From Lytechinus pictus (lineage: Eukaryota): a stretch of 64,000 nt of DNA. The notes under the pieces were generated by a model. It ran no database searches, was not told where the DNA came from, and saw only the letters and a program-made list of their open reading frames with translations. The stretch is from contig NC_087245.1 of assembly GCF_037042905.1 (NCBI RefSeq), positions 5,706,001-5,770,000 of the forward strand. Direction: 5' to 3'. The position numbers and the translations under genes were made by a program. Positions 54,266 through 64,000 of this stretch are shown piece after piece. Position 1 is the stretch's first letter. Each line of letters opens with the position of its first letter.

Positions 54266-54645
54266 GAATTGTTTGTAAGAGCAATTACAATCATGTATTT
54301 AGTTATTTCCTCTTTAAATATATTCATAGCATATAATGATTAAGAATATTCCAGAATGTCTCAGTAAAGCTTCTTTAGGCATGCCCATTTCTAAGGGACT
54401 TCAAAGTCGATGGTGATATGAATGAATGATATGAAAAGTTGCGCAATCAAGAAAATTATGCCTCTCTTAGACCTAACGAATTCACCAAATGAGTTTAAAT
54501 TCGATATCGCATCAAACTTCATCAAACTTTCAAGATATGTAACTAAGTAGATACCAAAGTAGAAGAATATCTTTTAATTGGCAAACTATATCTAAGTGGA
54601 GTTAGCAGCGCCCTCATTTGACAAGAATATTGCATAAACTTCCAA

Positions 54646-54967
54646 CGAGGCGTTGTGGCGTGCGCCTGTAATCCAAGCTGTTGGGAAATTACAAATTGAT
54701 GCAGAGGTTCGAGCCCTGGGGCCTGTTACGTTGCAGAAAGAGTTGCTTTTAAGCGCAAGTCAAAATATCAAGCGTAAGTCCCGAATGCGGGTGCTTCATT
54801 GGCTGAAAATCAAGTTGCGCAAGATTTTTTGAGTTGCGTTTGATTGCAACTCTTTCTGCAACGGGCCCCTGGTCACGTCTTTTTGATGGTGACGTTAAAG
54901 GTCGGTCCCAGACGTAAATAACCGTATCTGATTGATACGCGTCTGACAAAACTCAAATACACACACA
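54646..54967 (+). mobile_element. Candidate 7SL-derived SINE (~170 bp once the inserted MITE is removed)
   Basis: Head GGCGTTGTGGCGTGCGCCTGTAATCCAAGCT resembles the 7SL/Alu 5' domain; B-box-like GGTTCGAGCCC; (CA)n tail; TTCCAA on both flanks. Confidence 0.7.
54719..54868. mobile_element. Harbinger-type MITE inserted in the candidate SINE, CTG target duplication
   Basis: CTG|GGGCC...GTTGCAGAAAGAGTTGC...GCAACTCTTTCTGCAACGGGCCC|CTG. Confidence 0.8.
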
Positions 54968-56135
54968 TTCCAAAAAACAAATTTTCAAAAGACGTGAATC
55001 TATTCGAAAATCTAAAAAAGTAGATTTTAAGCTGCACTTTATTCAAAATCCATGTCATTTTCATCAAATTCGGCATAATTGTAGATGAATATATTCTGAG
55101 GACATTAAAACATTAAAAATATTGGGTCCATGTGCTCGTTTTTGAAATATCAGTGTCTAAACTGTTACGAGTTGGTTTGAAACAGCCCATAATGCGCGGA
55201 AAACGTGCAAAAGTCTGATAATACCATCCACAATGTCTTTTTGTCTTTTATTAGAACAAATGTGCTTATCTAATACACCCCAAAACGCGCCAAAAGCTTT
55301 GTATCTATGTGAGGAAAAATTCCAAACCACTCTACCATTTATTCAAACTCGTGGTTATATTCGTCATACTTTGCAGCCCTACAGAGTAAAGTATTTTTTA
55401 AAATTGTAGAGGTATCTAAAAATGGTCCACGGAATAATTCCAGTTTATTAGCTTCATAAGGATCTGCAGTTACTGCAGATAAGGAGAAAAAATCAGCTCA
55501 TACCTACAGCTGATTAATAACCTGTTCATCCATTGTGACGTCAGCGCGCAGAGTGTAAAATATGCGCAGATCATGATGCACACAAACTGGAACGTCCTTA
55601 AAGACAATACTAGAAGCTTCCAGAATAGTGGAAATTTATATAAGCTGGCAGTTTCTTCATAATATCAGATCAGAACTCAGAGGTTCACACCAGACTTTAT
55701 GTCAGAGTATTGTTTATTTCCAACTGGAATACAACATTTATCTTCTGTGGAATTATTTACACGCTATCAATGAACTGTTTGCAGTTACTTTGAAGGGAAA
55801 TTCTCAGTTCTCATCGAGATCATCAACCTGTTTTAATGTAGCTTTTCAACCCATGGATTGCTGGAATTGACTGTTAATCATCATCAACATCGTCTTCACA
55901 GACATTTCAACTTGTTACAGTGACTCTTGTGATTCATCATGTTTCAACATCAATTTCGTCATCGCCAGCATTCATCATCATCATCATCATCAGTGTACGG
56001 AAGAAGAAGGCAAGCCTGTCGAGACTTCCGGTCGTTCCTTCTGATAGTACTTGTTCCAACTTGACTATTTTAAATGTCTTGTAAAATTACATGCATGCAT
56101 GTTGCGTGGAGGGTGGACGATTCTTTTTATTTTTT

Positions 56136-58943
56136 TTAGGGAAGAATTTGATGATGGCAAGACCAATGTTTGTCCAGCCTATGTTTGAAAGAGTCAATAG
56201 AGGGTGCCGACACAACAGATGGAGGAAGATTATTCCATAGGTCTACAACCCTCTGACTAAAACTGTTCCTCCTTAAAGTGGTATAAGACCTCTGTTTAAA
56301 CAATTTTAGATGATGTCCTCTTGTTGTGTCTTGAATGGCAGGGATGAAATATACAGAAGAGTCAACATTAACAAGTCCATTCAAAATCTTAAATACCTCG
56401 ATCATGTCTCCTCTTTGTCTTCTGTAGTGTAGTGAGTACATTCCAAGGCTTACAAGTCTATCCTGGTATGGTAAATGTCGCAATTCTGGAATTAGCTTTG
56501 TAGCTCTTCTCTGTACCTTTTCGATTTTAACAGCATCCTCCTTGAACCTTGGATGCCACACTACATTTCCATATTCCAAAATAGGACGTACTAATGTCTT
56601 GAACAAGGTTGGCAATGTTGTACTTGAGATGACAGTAAAAGTTCTTTTGATTAGTCCAAGCATCTGATTGGCTCTATTCACGATATGTGCTACATGTAAG
56701 TGGAATTTCAGCTCCTCATCAATCATGACTCCAAGATCCTTTTCTACAACAGATACTTGTAAAATCTGGTTGTTTATACTGTATGTTGTTCTAGTATTAA
56801 CTCTTCCAATATGCATGGTTTTGCATTTAGCCTGGTTGAAGGAGAGTTGCCAGGATTGGGCCCATAAGGTTGCTGCGTCCAAGTCATCCTGTAGCGAGGT
56901 TTGCTGGTTTACAGAGACATCACCATATATCTTAGTGTCATCAGCATAGATTTGAATGTCATTACTAATCACATTTGGGAGGTCATTTACATATAAGACA
57001 AAGAGTTGAGGTCCGAGAATACTCCCTTGAGGCACGCCACTAATCACAGGGGTCCATTGGGAGAAATCCCCACGAATCGACACTCTCTGTACACGTCCTA
57101 CTAGAAAGGCTTTGATCCACTCAAAAACTCTGTGCTCGATGCCATATGCTTGTACTTTATTAAGTAGTCGCTGATGAGGTACAGTATCAAAGGCCTTGCT
57201 AACATCAAGATATATTACATCTACAGGTCTCCCTTTATCCATAAGATATGTCCAGTCCTCCATTTGTCTCATAAGTTGCGAAATACATGACCTTCCAGAG
57301 GTAAATCCATGCTGGGCATTGTGTAACAATTTATTACTGTCAATATGGTCTATTAAAACATTGCGTATAATGGCCTCCATGACTTTGCCTATTACTGAAG
57401 TTAAACTTATGGGCCTGTAGTTACCAGCAAGCTGCCGAGACCCCTTCTTATGTACTGGGGTTACATTTGCCATCTTCCACTCCACTGGTAAGACTCCTTC
57501 GTTTAGAGATCTTTGAAAGATGATCGCTAGTGGGAGACTTATCTCACATGATAACTCCTTAAAAACTCTTGGATGGAAATTATCAGGTCCGGCAGACTTA
57601 TTTACATTCAATTTCTTTAATTGCTCTTCCACCATTTCTTGTGTAATGTTGGTATTTCTCAAGGAAGGTCCATCAAATTGTTTATCAGGTTTAGGTAAAC
57701 TACTCAGGTCTTCCTTTGTAAAAACTTTGGAGAATGTTGTATTAAAAACTTCAGCAATATCAGTATTTGTGGTCACTTTCTCACCATTCTCCGTCACCAG
57801 TACATCAACCCCTCTTCTTGTCTTCACTTTGGAGTTAACATAACGCCAGAAGTCCTTGGAGTTATCTTTAATAGAAAAAGTGAGGTTCTCTTCAAAGTCA
57901 GTACTAAGAGTTCTTGTCAGTTTTCTGAGAGAATTACTGACATCACGGTAATATTGAAAATCCTCCTGGTTGAGCGTTGACTTGTAACGTTTCCAAGCTC
58001 TGAGCTTTTTTTTACTCAATGCAACAGATTCTCTCGTCGAGTATACTTTCTTCTTTCCACTAGACATGGCTTTACCAACTGGAACATATTGTTTAATACC
58101 ACTATGCAAGTACGTAGAAAAGGTATGCCAAGATTCTAAACAGCTCGTATCTGATAAGCAATCTTCCCAATCTACATTAGCCATCATTAGTCTCATATCG
58201 TTATAGTTTCCTTTGTTAAACAAAAGTGATGAAGATTGTGTAAGATCAGAAGTGAATGACTCATAATCTGCTTCAAAATACAGGCAACAATGGTCACTGC
58301 GCCCAAGGGGTGAACCATAGCTAATGTCAGATATCAGTTCAGGTTTGTTTGTTATGACAAGGTCAAGAATGTTACAGTTTTGTGAAAGTCTGTAACGAGT
58401 TGGCTCATAAACCAGTTGGTGGAGAAACAGATCCTGTAAGCAGTTAAGAAAAGAGATAGCTGAAGCATTACGTTGGTTATTTACCACATGACAGTCCATC
58501 CAGTTTATCTCAGGATAATTGAAGTCTCCAACAATGATTAATGAGTGTGGTGATGAGATAGCTCTGAGTTGCTCTAGGTCACGTAGAAGACAATCATTGT
58601 TTTCCTTTGTACTAGAAGGACTTCTGTAAACACATATAACGATAACCTTTTCACCACTACTCAGCTCCAGATTGCAAGCAATTATTTCCTTAAAGCTAAA
58701 GCGGAAACCAAGCTCAGTCACTTTGATATCAAGTTTCACATAAACAGCAATTCCTCTGATTTTCTCCAAGTCCAAGTTTGAGATGAGAGTATATCCTGGG
58801 ATTGCAATCGAAGGATCTTGAAGTCTGAATCTGCTATACTTAGGAGTCACTTCAGTCAACAAAATAATATCCAAATTTTGTTGTTCAACTATCATTCTCA
58901 AATCATTGTATTTATTAATCAAGGAGTCACAGTTCGTATACAT
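56136..58943 (-). CDS. CR1 ORF2: APE-like endonuclease + reverse transcriptase, 935 aa uninterrupted
   Basis: YTNCDSL, LTE, VYRSP, VGDFNYP, SDH (EN); KSAGPDNFHP, NYRPISLTS, QHGF, YLDVSKAFD, GVPQGSILGP, YADD (RT); CR1-type C-terminus TRGH..KL, FSQRVVDLWNNLP. Confidence 0.97.
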   Translation of the reverse strand: MYTNCDSLINKYNDLRMIVEQQNLDIILLTEVTPKYSRFRLQDPSIAIPGYTLISNLDLEKIRGIAVYVKLDIKVTELGFRFSFKEIIACNLELSSGEKVIVICVYRSPSSTKENNDCLLRDLEQLRAISSPHSLIIVGDFNYPEINWMDCHVVNNQRNASAISFLNCLQDLFLHQLVYEPTRYRLSQNCNILDLVITNKPELISDISYGSPLGRSDHCCLYFEADYESFTSDLTQSSSLLFNKGNYNDMRLMMANVDWEDCLSDTSCLESWHTFSTYLHSGIKQYVPVGKAMSSGKKKVYSTRESVALSKKKLRAWKRYKSTLNQEDFQYYRDVSNSLRKLTRTLSTDFEENLTFSIKDNSKDFWRYVNSKVKTRRGVDVLVTENGEKVTTNTDIAEVFNTTFSKVFTKEDLSSLPKPDKQFDGPSLRNTNITQEMVEEQLKKLNVNKSAGPDNFHPRVFKELSCEISLPLAIIFQRSLNEGVLPVEWKMANVTPVHKKGSRQLAGNYRPISLTSVIGKVMEAIIRNVLIDHIDSNKLLHNAQHGFTSGRSCISQLMRQMEDWTYLMDKGRPVDVIYLDVSKAFDTVPHQRLLNKVQAYGIEHRVFEWIKAFLVGRVQRVSIRGDFSQWTPVISGVPQGSILGPQLFVLYVNDLPNVISNDIQIYADDTKIYGDVSVNQQTSLQDDLDAATLWAQSWQLSFNQAKCKTMHIGRVNTRTTYSINNQILQVSVVEKDLGVMIDEELKFHLHVAHIVNRANQMLGLIKRTFTVISSTTLPTLFKTLVRPILEYGNVVWHPRFKEDAVKIEKVQRRATKLIPELRHLPYQDRLVSLGMYSLHYRRQRGDMIEVFKILNGLVNVDSSVYFIPAIQDTTRGHHLKLFKQRSYTTLRRNSFSQRVVDLWNNLPPSVVSAPSIDSFKHRLDKHWSCHHQILP

Positions 58944-59072
58944 AATTTTCAGTTTTCTCCTATACCTAGTGCTATTTACAACTTCTCCTGTATGTTCTTT
59001 ATTATTAAGTTTTTTTCCTTGTCCATTACTATCTATTCCTCCAATGTCGTCATCTGGGATTAACTGTGGACG

Positions 59073-60033
59073 TCATTGTTGTTGAGAAGACTTTGTGTTT
59101 CTGTCTTCACTTTTTTCGTCCACACATGTAGCACCTGAAGACTCCAATTCGCAAGGTAGCTTTGGCGCCCGCAAGATGTCCTCCTTTGTTTGTGCAGGCT
59201 CGGCTTCATTTTGGACATCAGTGTCTTGTGATGGTAAGATGTTATCTTGGCTATCATGCAGTGGTAAGGTTGGGTCCTTTGACTTTACCGGCTTCTTGGG
59301 CACCTGTCCATTCATTAGATCCGACAGACTGATGTCATATGCATTTCCATATTTCTTTTTGTCTTTCAATGTAACAATCTTTCCATGGCGGATTGCGATG
59401 TTTTCTTCTCCTTCAGCCCTTCTTTGATGTAATTCTGACATCAGTTGTTTTCTCTGTTTTCTCTGGTTTGGAGTGAGGTCAGGTGCAATATAAGTACCAA
59501 TGCATTCTATTTTTCTCCACAGTAAATATCTCATACACTCTGAGAGACATCTTTTGGCAATCCAAACATGACCAGCTTTCACAGGCTTCACATTCGATCA
59601 TGTGTTTTATGTTCACTTTATTACAGTAATTACATACAAATTTGTCTTCACACTCACCCAGCTTCTCCTTTATCTTCCGTTGATCTGTTTTAACGTTAGT
59701 ACTTGCCTTCTTTGACTTGTTCAGTTTCTTTGCTTTAGCAACTTGCGATGCTGTCGCAGAATCTGGTATGGAGTTACCTTCATCATCAGCAAGAATAACT
59801 CGTCGAGTGGTTCCAGCGTAATCTCTGCTTGAGTTGCTTGTGTTAGCCCGGGTAGTACTAGCCTCGGTTAGAGGCTCATGATCTGGTTCTGAATCCTGAG
59901 AGGACTTAGCGTCGGTTATTTCAACGCTTTTTTTATTTTCCTCTTTCTTTCCAAATGGTGAAATTTTATTCAATTTTTGTTGGATTTTGCTAATTTTACT
60001 TTGATCTTGTGGATCAGCTTTATCTTTGGCCAT
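59073..60033 (-). pseudogene. CR1 ORF1, frameshifted at ~59495 (PHD finger joined out of frame to the C-terminal domain)
   Basis: Frame A: MAKDK...CNYC...IECEACESWSCLDC...MHWY then stop; frame B: YIAPDLTPNQRKQRKQLMSELHQRRAEGEENIAIRHGKIV. Confidence 0.8.
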
Positions 60034-60629
60034 GATGATATATCTTGACGGCTGGAGATCAAAACGGAAGTTGTATATCTTCCCCCGAAGTCTCGGCGAG
60101 CTGTCAAGGCTGGGTCCGGTCTCCGGCCGCGCCGGCGACGATCGCGTCAGTGCAGTGCACTCACAATAGCTGAAAACAATTTGGCGCGAAAATTGAAGTT
60201 GAATCCCAAGAATCAATCGCCCAAAACTGGTGCAATCCAATGATTGTTAGTCGAAATTTCAGATCAGTATAATATCCAGTGGCAATACTTCGAACATGTC
60301 ACTTGAAAATCCTGAAAAATCACGATTTTTATCCTATATTTGTTATTGTAATCAGAGAGAATCAGAAAACACGTCCACCCGTCACGTCACGTCACGCACC
60401 AGTCATTGTGGGCATTAATTTAAGGAACCTTTGCCAGCCAACTTGGCTATATAAATTATTTGGATTATACATTTGTGGACTAATCAGAACTGACACTTCA
60501 AGAGATGTAAGATTATTATTTTTGTTTTGTTTAGTGTATGATTGATCTATTTCCTGTAATAAAAAAAAGGAAATCAAATTTAAAACTAAATTTTAATTGT
60601 TATTTGTTGCAGTATCATAACAAATAATT

Positions 60630-60647
60630 TGGGGGGCTTGTCCGGGA
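60630..60647 (+). promoter_or_regulatory. Primer binding site, tRNA-Pro-like
   Basis: TGGGGGGCTTGTCCGGGA just after TAACA; close to TGGGGGCTCGTCCGGGAT, the complement of the tRNA-Pro 3' end. Confidence 0.8.
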
Positions 60648-60778
60648 AACAAAAGCCAATTTGCACGAAAAGCCAATTTGAAACGAAAACCAATTCGAAT
60701 TGAAAACATGTTTCGAAACTTTTGGAAAGTTGTAAATATGTTGGGTTATTATTTGCTTGTATTTCTGTTTATTCCACT

Positions 60779-62715
60779 ATGGCTACATTTGATGTTAACG
60801 AGTTTCTTGCAATGACAGAATTGTCAGATGATAATTTGAAGTCACTGAAAAAAAGCAATTTGACAACACTTTGTGATCATTTGGGTGTATCTCTAGCCCC
60901 AGCTTTAAAGAAGGCAGAGATAACTGACTTGTTAGCTAGTCACATGAAGCTTACAGAGGAGTCTGAAACTTCTGTCATGTTTTCAAATGATGCTCAGATT
61001 AAACTGGCAAAATTTGAAATGGAAAATCATCAAAAGAAAATCATTTTCTCTTTCTCGACATTCTCTTTGATTTTTGTTTCCATTTCAAATTTTGCCAGTT
61101 GAATCTGAGCATCATTTGAAAACATGACAGAAGTTTCAGACTCCTCTGTAAGCTTCATGTGACTAGCTAACAAGTAAAATCAAAGAAAACCTTGAGAAGG
61201 AAAGAATCAGAGAAACATTGAAATTGAGAAAATGAGATGGAGTAATAGTTAAATTTGAAAGAAATTGAGTTAGCTCATGCAAATACTAACTCTGCTAAAT
61301 ATAAATCTCCACAAGACATTGATGTGGCGAAGGACATTCGCCTTCTGCCAAAATGTGATGAAGAGGGAGTTGATACATATTTTGTGTCATTTGAAAAAGT
61401 GGCCAAGAGACTGAATTGGCCTGAGGAATACTGGACTGTTCTCCAAAGTGTTTATGTTGGAAAGGCTGCAAAAGTCTATTCTTCGCCTTCTGAAATGCAG
61501 TCATGTGACTATGCTACAGTAAAATAAATAATTCTCAATGCATATTAGTTGGTACCAGAAGCGTACAGACATAAATTTAAGAACATGCAAAGACAATCAG
61601 GCCAGCCTTATGTTGAATTTGCTAGAGAACAAGAAATGATGTTCGATAAGTTGTACATCACTGAAAGTTGACAAAGATTTGGTTCACCTTAGGAAAGTTG
61701 TGCTCCTAGAAGAATTAAAAAAAGTCTTTTGGCATTAAATCTCACTTAGATGACCATATAGTTACTGAAGTCAGTAAAGCAGCCATAGTAACTGATGAAT
61801 TTGAGGTTACACATAAAGGTAGTGGAGATAGGCCTCCTTTCAAGAATTATTGGAGGAAGAAAGGTAAAGGGTCATTTGAATCCCACAATAAACATGGTGA
61901 GGGAAATATGCTAGCAAGGACAAAGACAACAACAAGAATTAGCCTCGTGGGCACACAGAATCAACCAAAAGGTCCGAGGGTCGAAATTCCAAAATTTGTA
62001 CTCATTGTCATAAATTGGGACATTAAAAAAAATAATGTTGGAAATTGGTTGGAATGCCAACCAAATTTAAGAAAGACATGGGTTTTGTCAACCAAACAAG
62101 TGTTCCCTCGATGGAGTTTGTCCCATCAGAGCCCATTCGATGTTGAGAGTATTTCTCTGTTTTTTTGCTGATAAAGTCAAACAGGTTGATGAAAGCTTTA
62201 GAAGCTTCTTGTATGATGGTGAGGTATCCCCTTGTTCGGCTGGTGCTGCTGGTAGGTCGGTGGTGGTCGTTAGGGATACAGGGGCTGCACAGTCCCTGAT
62301 GGTGCCAGGGGATTTGGCTCTCCCTCAGGAGAGTTCAGAGAATGCCAAAGTCTTAATTCAAGATATTGGCCCAAATTTCATGTCGGTTCCTTTGCATAAG
62401 GTCGACTTAAAATTGTGACCTAGTTAGTGGTCCTGTGACTGTTGGTGTCGTTCCAGAATTACCCATGGAAGGGGTTGATTTCTTGTTAGGTAACGACTTG
62501 GCTGGAGATGGTCTAGTGGTTTCGGAGAAGCCGGTTGAGGTAGCTGAAACTTAATTGTTGCAGGAAGATTTTCCAGCGATTTTCCCGGACTGTGTTGTCA
62601 CTAGGTCTCAGACTCGTAGAGCTGAAAATGATGATGCGGATTCTGCTTATGTAGAGGAGAGTACTGATGTCTGGTTAGCTGAAACCTTTTTCAAGGATTT
62701 AAATGGGGATAATGT
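60779..62715 (+). mobile_element. Decayed Gypsy (Gmr1-like) gag and protease; RT/IN and 3' LTR absent
   Basis: Capsid-like IRLLPKCDEEGVDTYFVSFEKVAKRLNWP, LVPEAYRHKF; zinc knuckle remnant CTHCHKLGH..CW; protease RDTGAAQSL; FLLGNDLAG; many stops and frameshifts. Confidence 0.9.
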
Positions 62716-63661
62716 TTCACTCGGTGTAGGACTAGTTCTTAATCAAAGGACTGTAATTTTCACATGATTGAATTATGGCAGTTTGATGCAGATAAATTTA
62801 TGTCAGTAATGCCCTCTTCCCTCAATATTTTTTTATATCTTAATTTGATCTATAAGAACAGTTTTGATCATCTGATGTCATCGAGATTATAATCACCATA
62901 AGGAAGAACAGAATGCGCGATGGATATTTTGAAGTTAAGAGATCTTTTGATGGAACTAGTAGAAGAACTGAAGATTACCAGAGTAAGTAAAACAATTTCA
63001 TCCACATTCCCTTCCTTTATTCACATAATGATAATTGATGTATATATATATCATTTAGGTCTATATGCCCTCTCAGTCATATTTGCCTTTCAGTTTAAGT
63101 TGAATGTCGTATGTCTAAAGGTCTTAAATAAAGGGGCAGCATTTTAAGGGATGGCATTTGAATCAACATTTCACCGAATTCCAGAAAAAGGGTGATACAA
63201 AGGATTTGAAGAAGATTTTGCGTATTTTAGGTTCAACTGTCAAATAAAAAACACTTTCAAAGACAAAAAAAATAATCCCTGTAATAAAATCTTGAATAAT
63301 TGTGAACAGTACGAATAAGAATTGAACTGTACACAGATATGATTGTTCGTCATTTTTATGTAAAAAGTGGACATATTCCTTCAGAAAATAGAAGTTCATT
63401 CATTGTTTATATTCGTGATTCATTTCATATTTACTTGTTATTGTTATTTTCCTGAAAGAAAATGATATTTAAAGATAGTCCAATTGAAAATTCAATAATT
63501 GTAGGCAAAAGGGAAATTATTAAGCACCTAAGAACAAGATGGGACTTTGATTATCAGAAGTGAATACATACATTGTTATAATTTGAAAAAAAGATGGAAA
63601 AGTCCCGTCCCACAAACAGTCGAACGTGAAAAAAAATCAATACAGCTATAATTTCTCATTT

Positions 63662-64000
63662 TGTCTCGCATGCATAGCAGAGCGAGACTGTGGGCACCGC
63701 TTCTTCGAAGGCGGCGTCAACATCAAATCTTAACCTAAGGTTAAGTTTTGGAAATAACATCATAACTTGGAAAGTATATGAACCTAGTTCGTGAAACTTG
63801 GACATAATTACTGAACATCCTGCCTTGGTTTCAGGTCATATGACCAAGGTCAAAGGTCATTTAGGGTCAATGAACTTAGACCATGTAGGGACAATCAATA
63901 TCGAAATCTTAACCTAAGGTTAAGTTTTTGAAATGTCATCATAACTTTATATTATCATATTTCATGAAACTTACACACAAGGGTTATAAAGTATTACTCA
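63662..64000. mobile_element. Helentron/DINE-like element, same family as 27276-27773, runs off the window
   Basis: GTCTCGCATGCATAGCAGAGCGAGAC start; AAGGTCAAAGGTCATTTAGGGTCAATGAACTT unit. Confidence 0.7.

Larger units (their letters stand above)
55999..60423 (-). mobile_element. Near full-length CR1-clade LINE
   Basis: 5' UTR, PHD-containing ORF1 remnant, intact ORF2, 3' UTR ending in a (CTT)n tail at ~56000; 5' boundary approximate. Confidence 0.9.
55163..60622 (+). mobile_element. Probable 5' LTR of the Gypsy element (~1 kb), interrupted by the CR1 insertion
   Basis: Begins TGTTACGA and ends TCATAACA (7/8 inverted match) just before a PBS; start assignment is inferred because no 3' LTR is present. 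Confidence 0.55.

Noticed and set aside
54646..54720. Functional 7SL RNA gene, or human Alu contamination
   Set aside because: Similarity fades after ~40-75 nt with no S domain or Alu body; the unit is interrupted by a MITE family native to this window.
54895..55160. Kolobok terminus at TTAA-AGGTCGGTCCC
   Set aside because: No matching right end; the motif lies inside the TTCCAA-flanked SINE candidate.
56668..59427. Plus-strand ORFs overlapping the CR1
   Set aside because: Antisense shadows of the LINE ORFs with no recognisable motifs.
60034..60240. N-terminal 69 codons of the 253-aa ORF
   Set aside because: Start is TTG; the first plausible ATG is at 60033, so this is treated as CR1 5' UTR. 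No ribozyme fold could be confirmed by eye.

Overview
AT-rich, repeat-dense eukaryotic DNA. The repeat landscape looks like a marine invertebrate, most like a sea urchin (inference; not provable from the window). One host gene is supported: a two-exon Golgi type II membrane sulfotransferase. Exon 1 (7774-7931) encodes the signal anchor and exon 2 (31757-32801) the PAPS-binding catalytic domain; the splice phases match across a ~23.8 kb intron, giving 400 aa. Almost everything else is transposon-derived: several decayed CR1/L2-type LINEs; one near-intact CR1 (EN+RT ORF2, 935 aa) inserted in the 5' LTR of a decayed Gypsy element; and many non-autonomous DNA elements (Kolobok-type TTAA, Tc1/mariner TA, hAT, Harbinger, Ginger1-type CCGG, Helentron-like). 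Best leads: (1) a TSD-flanked short retroposon with a 7SL/Alu-like head at 54646-54967; (2) a fully folding class I tRNA with a UGA-reading TCA anticodon inside a palindromic element in (TA)n at 44734-45088; (3) TA-duplicating micro-insertions (TAGGCCTA type), shown by comparing repeat copies and piled up at 51960-53040; (4) CR1 ORF1 and ORF2 in frame, separated by a single TGA-C; (5) a minimal Penelope-type hammerhead motif; (6) a diverged duplicate of the region upstream of the sulfotransferase, 50 kb downstream. All alignments were done by eye.
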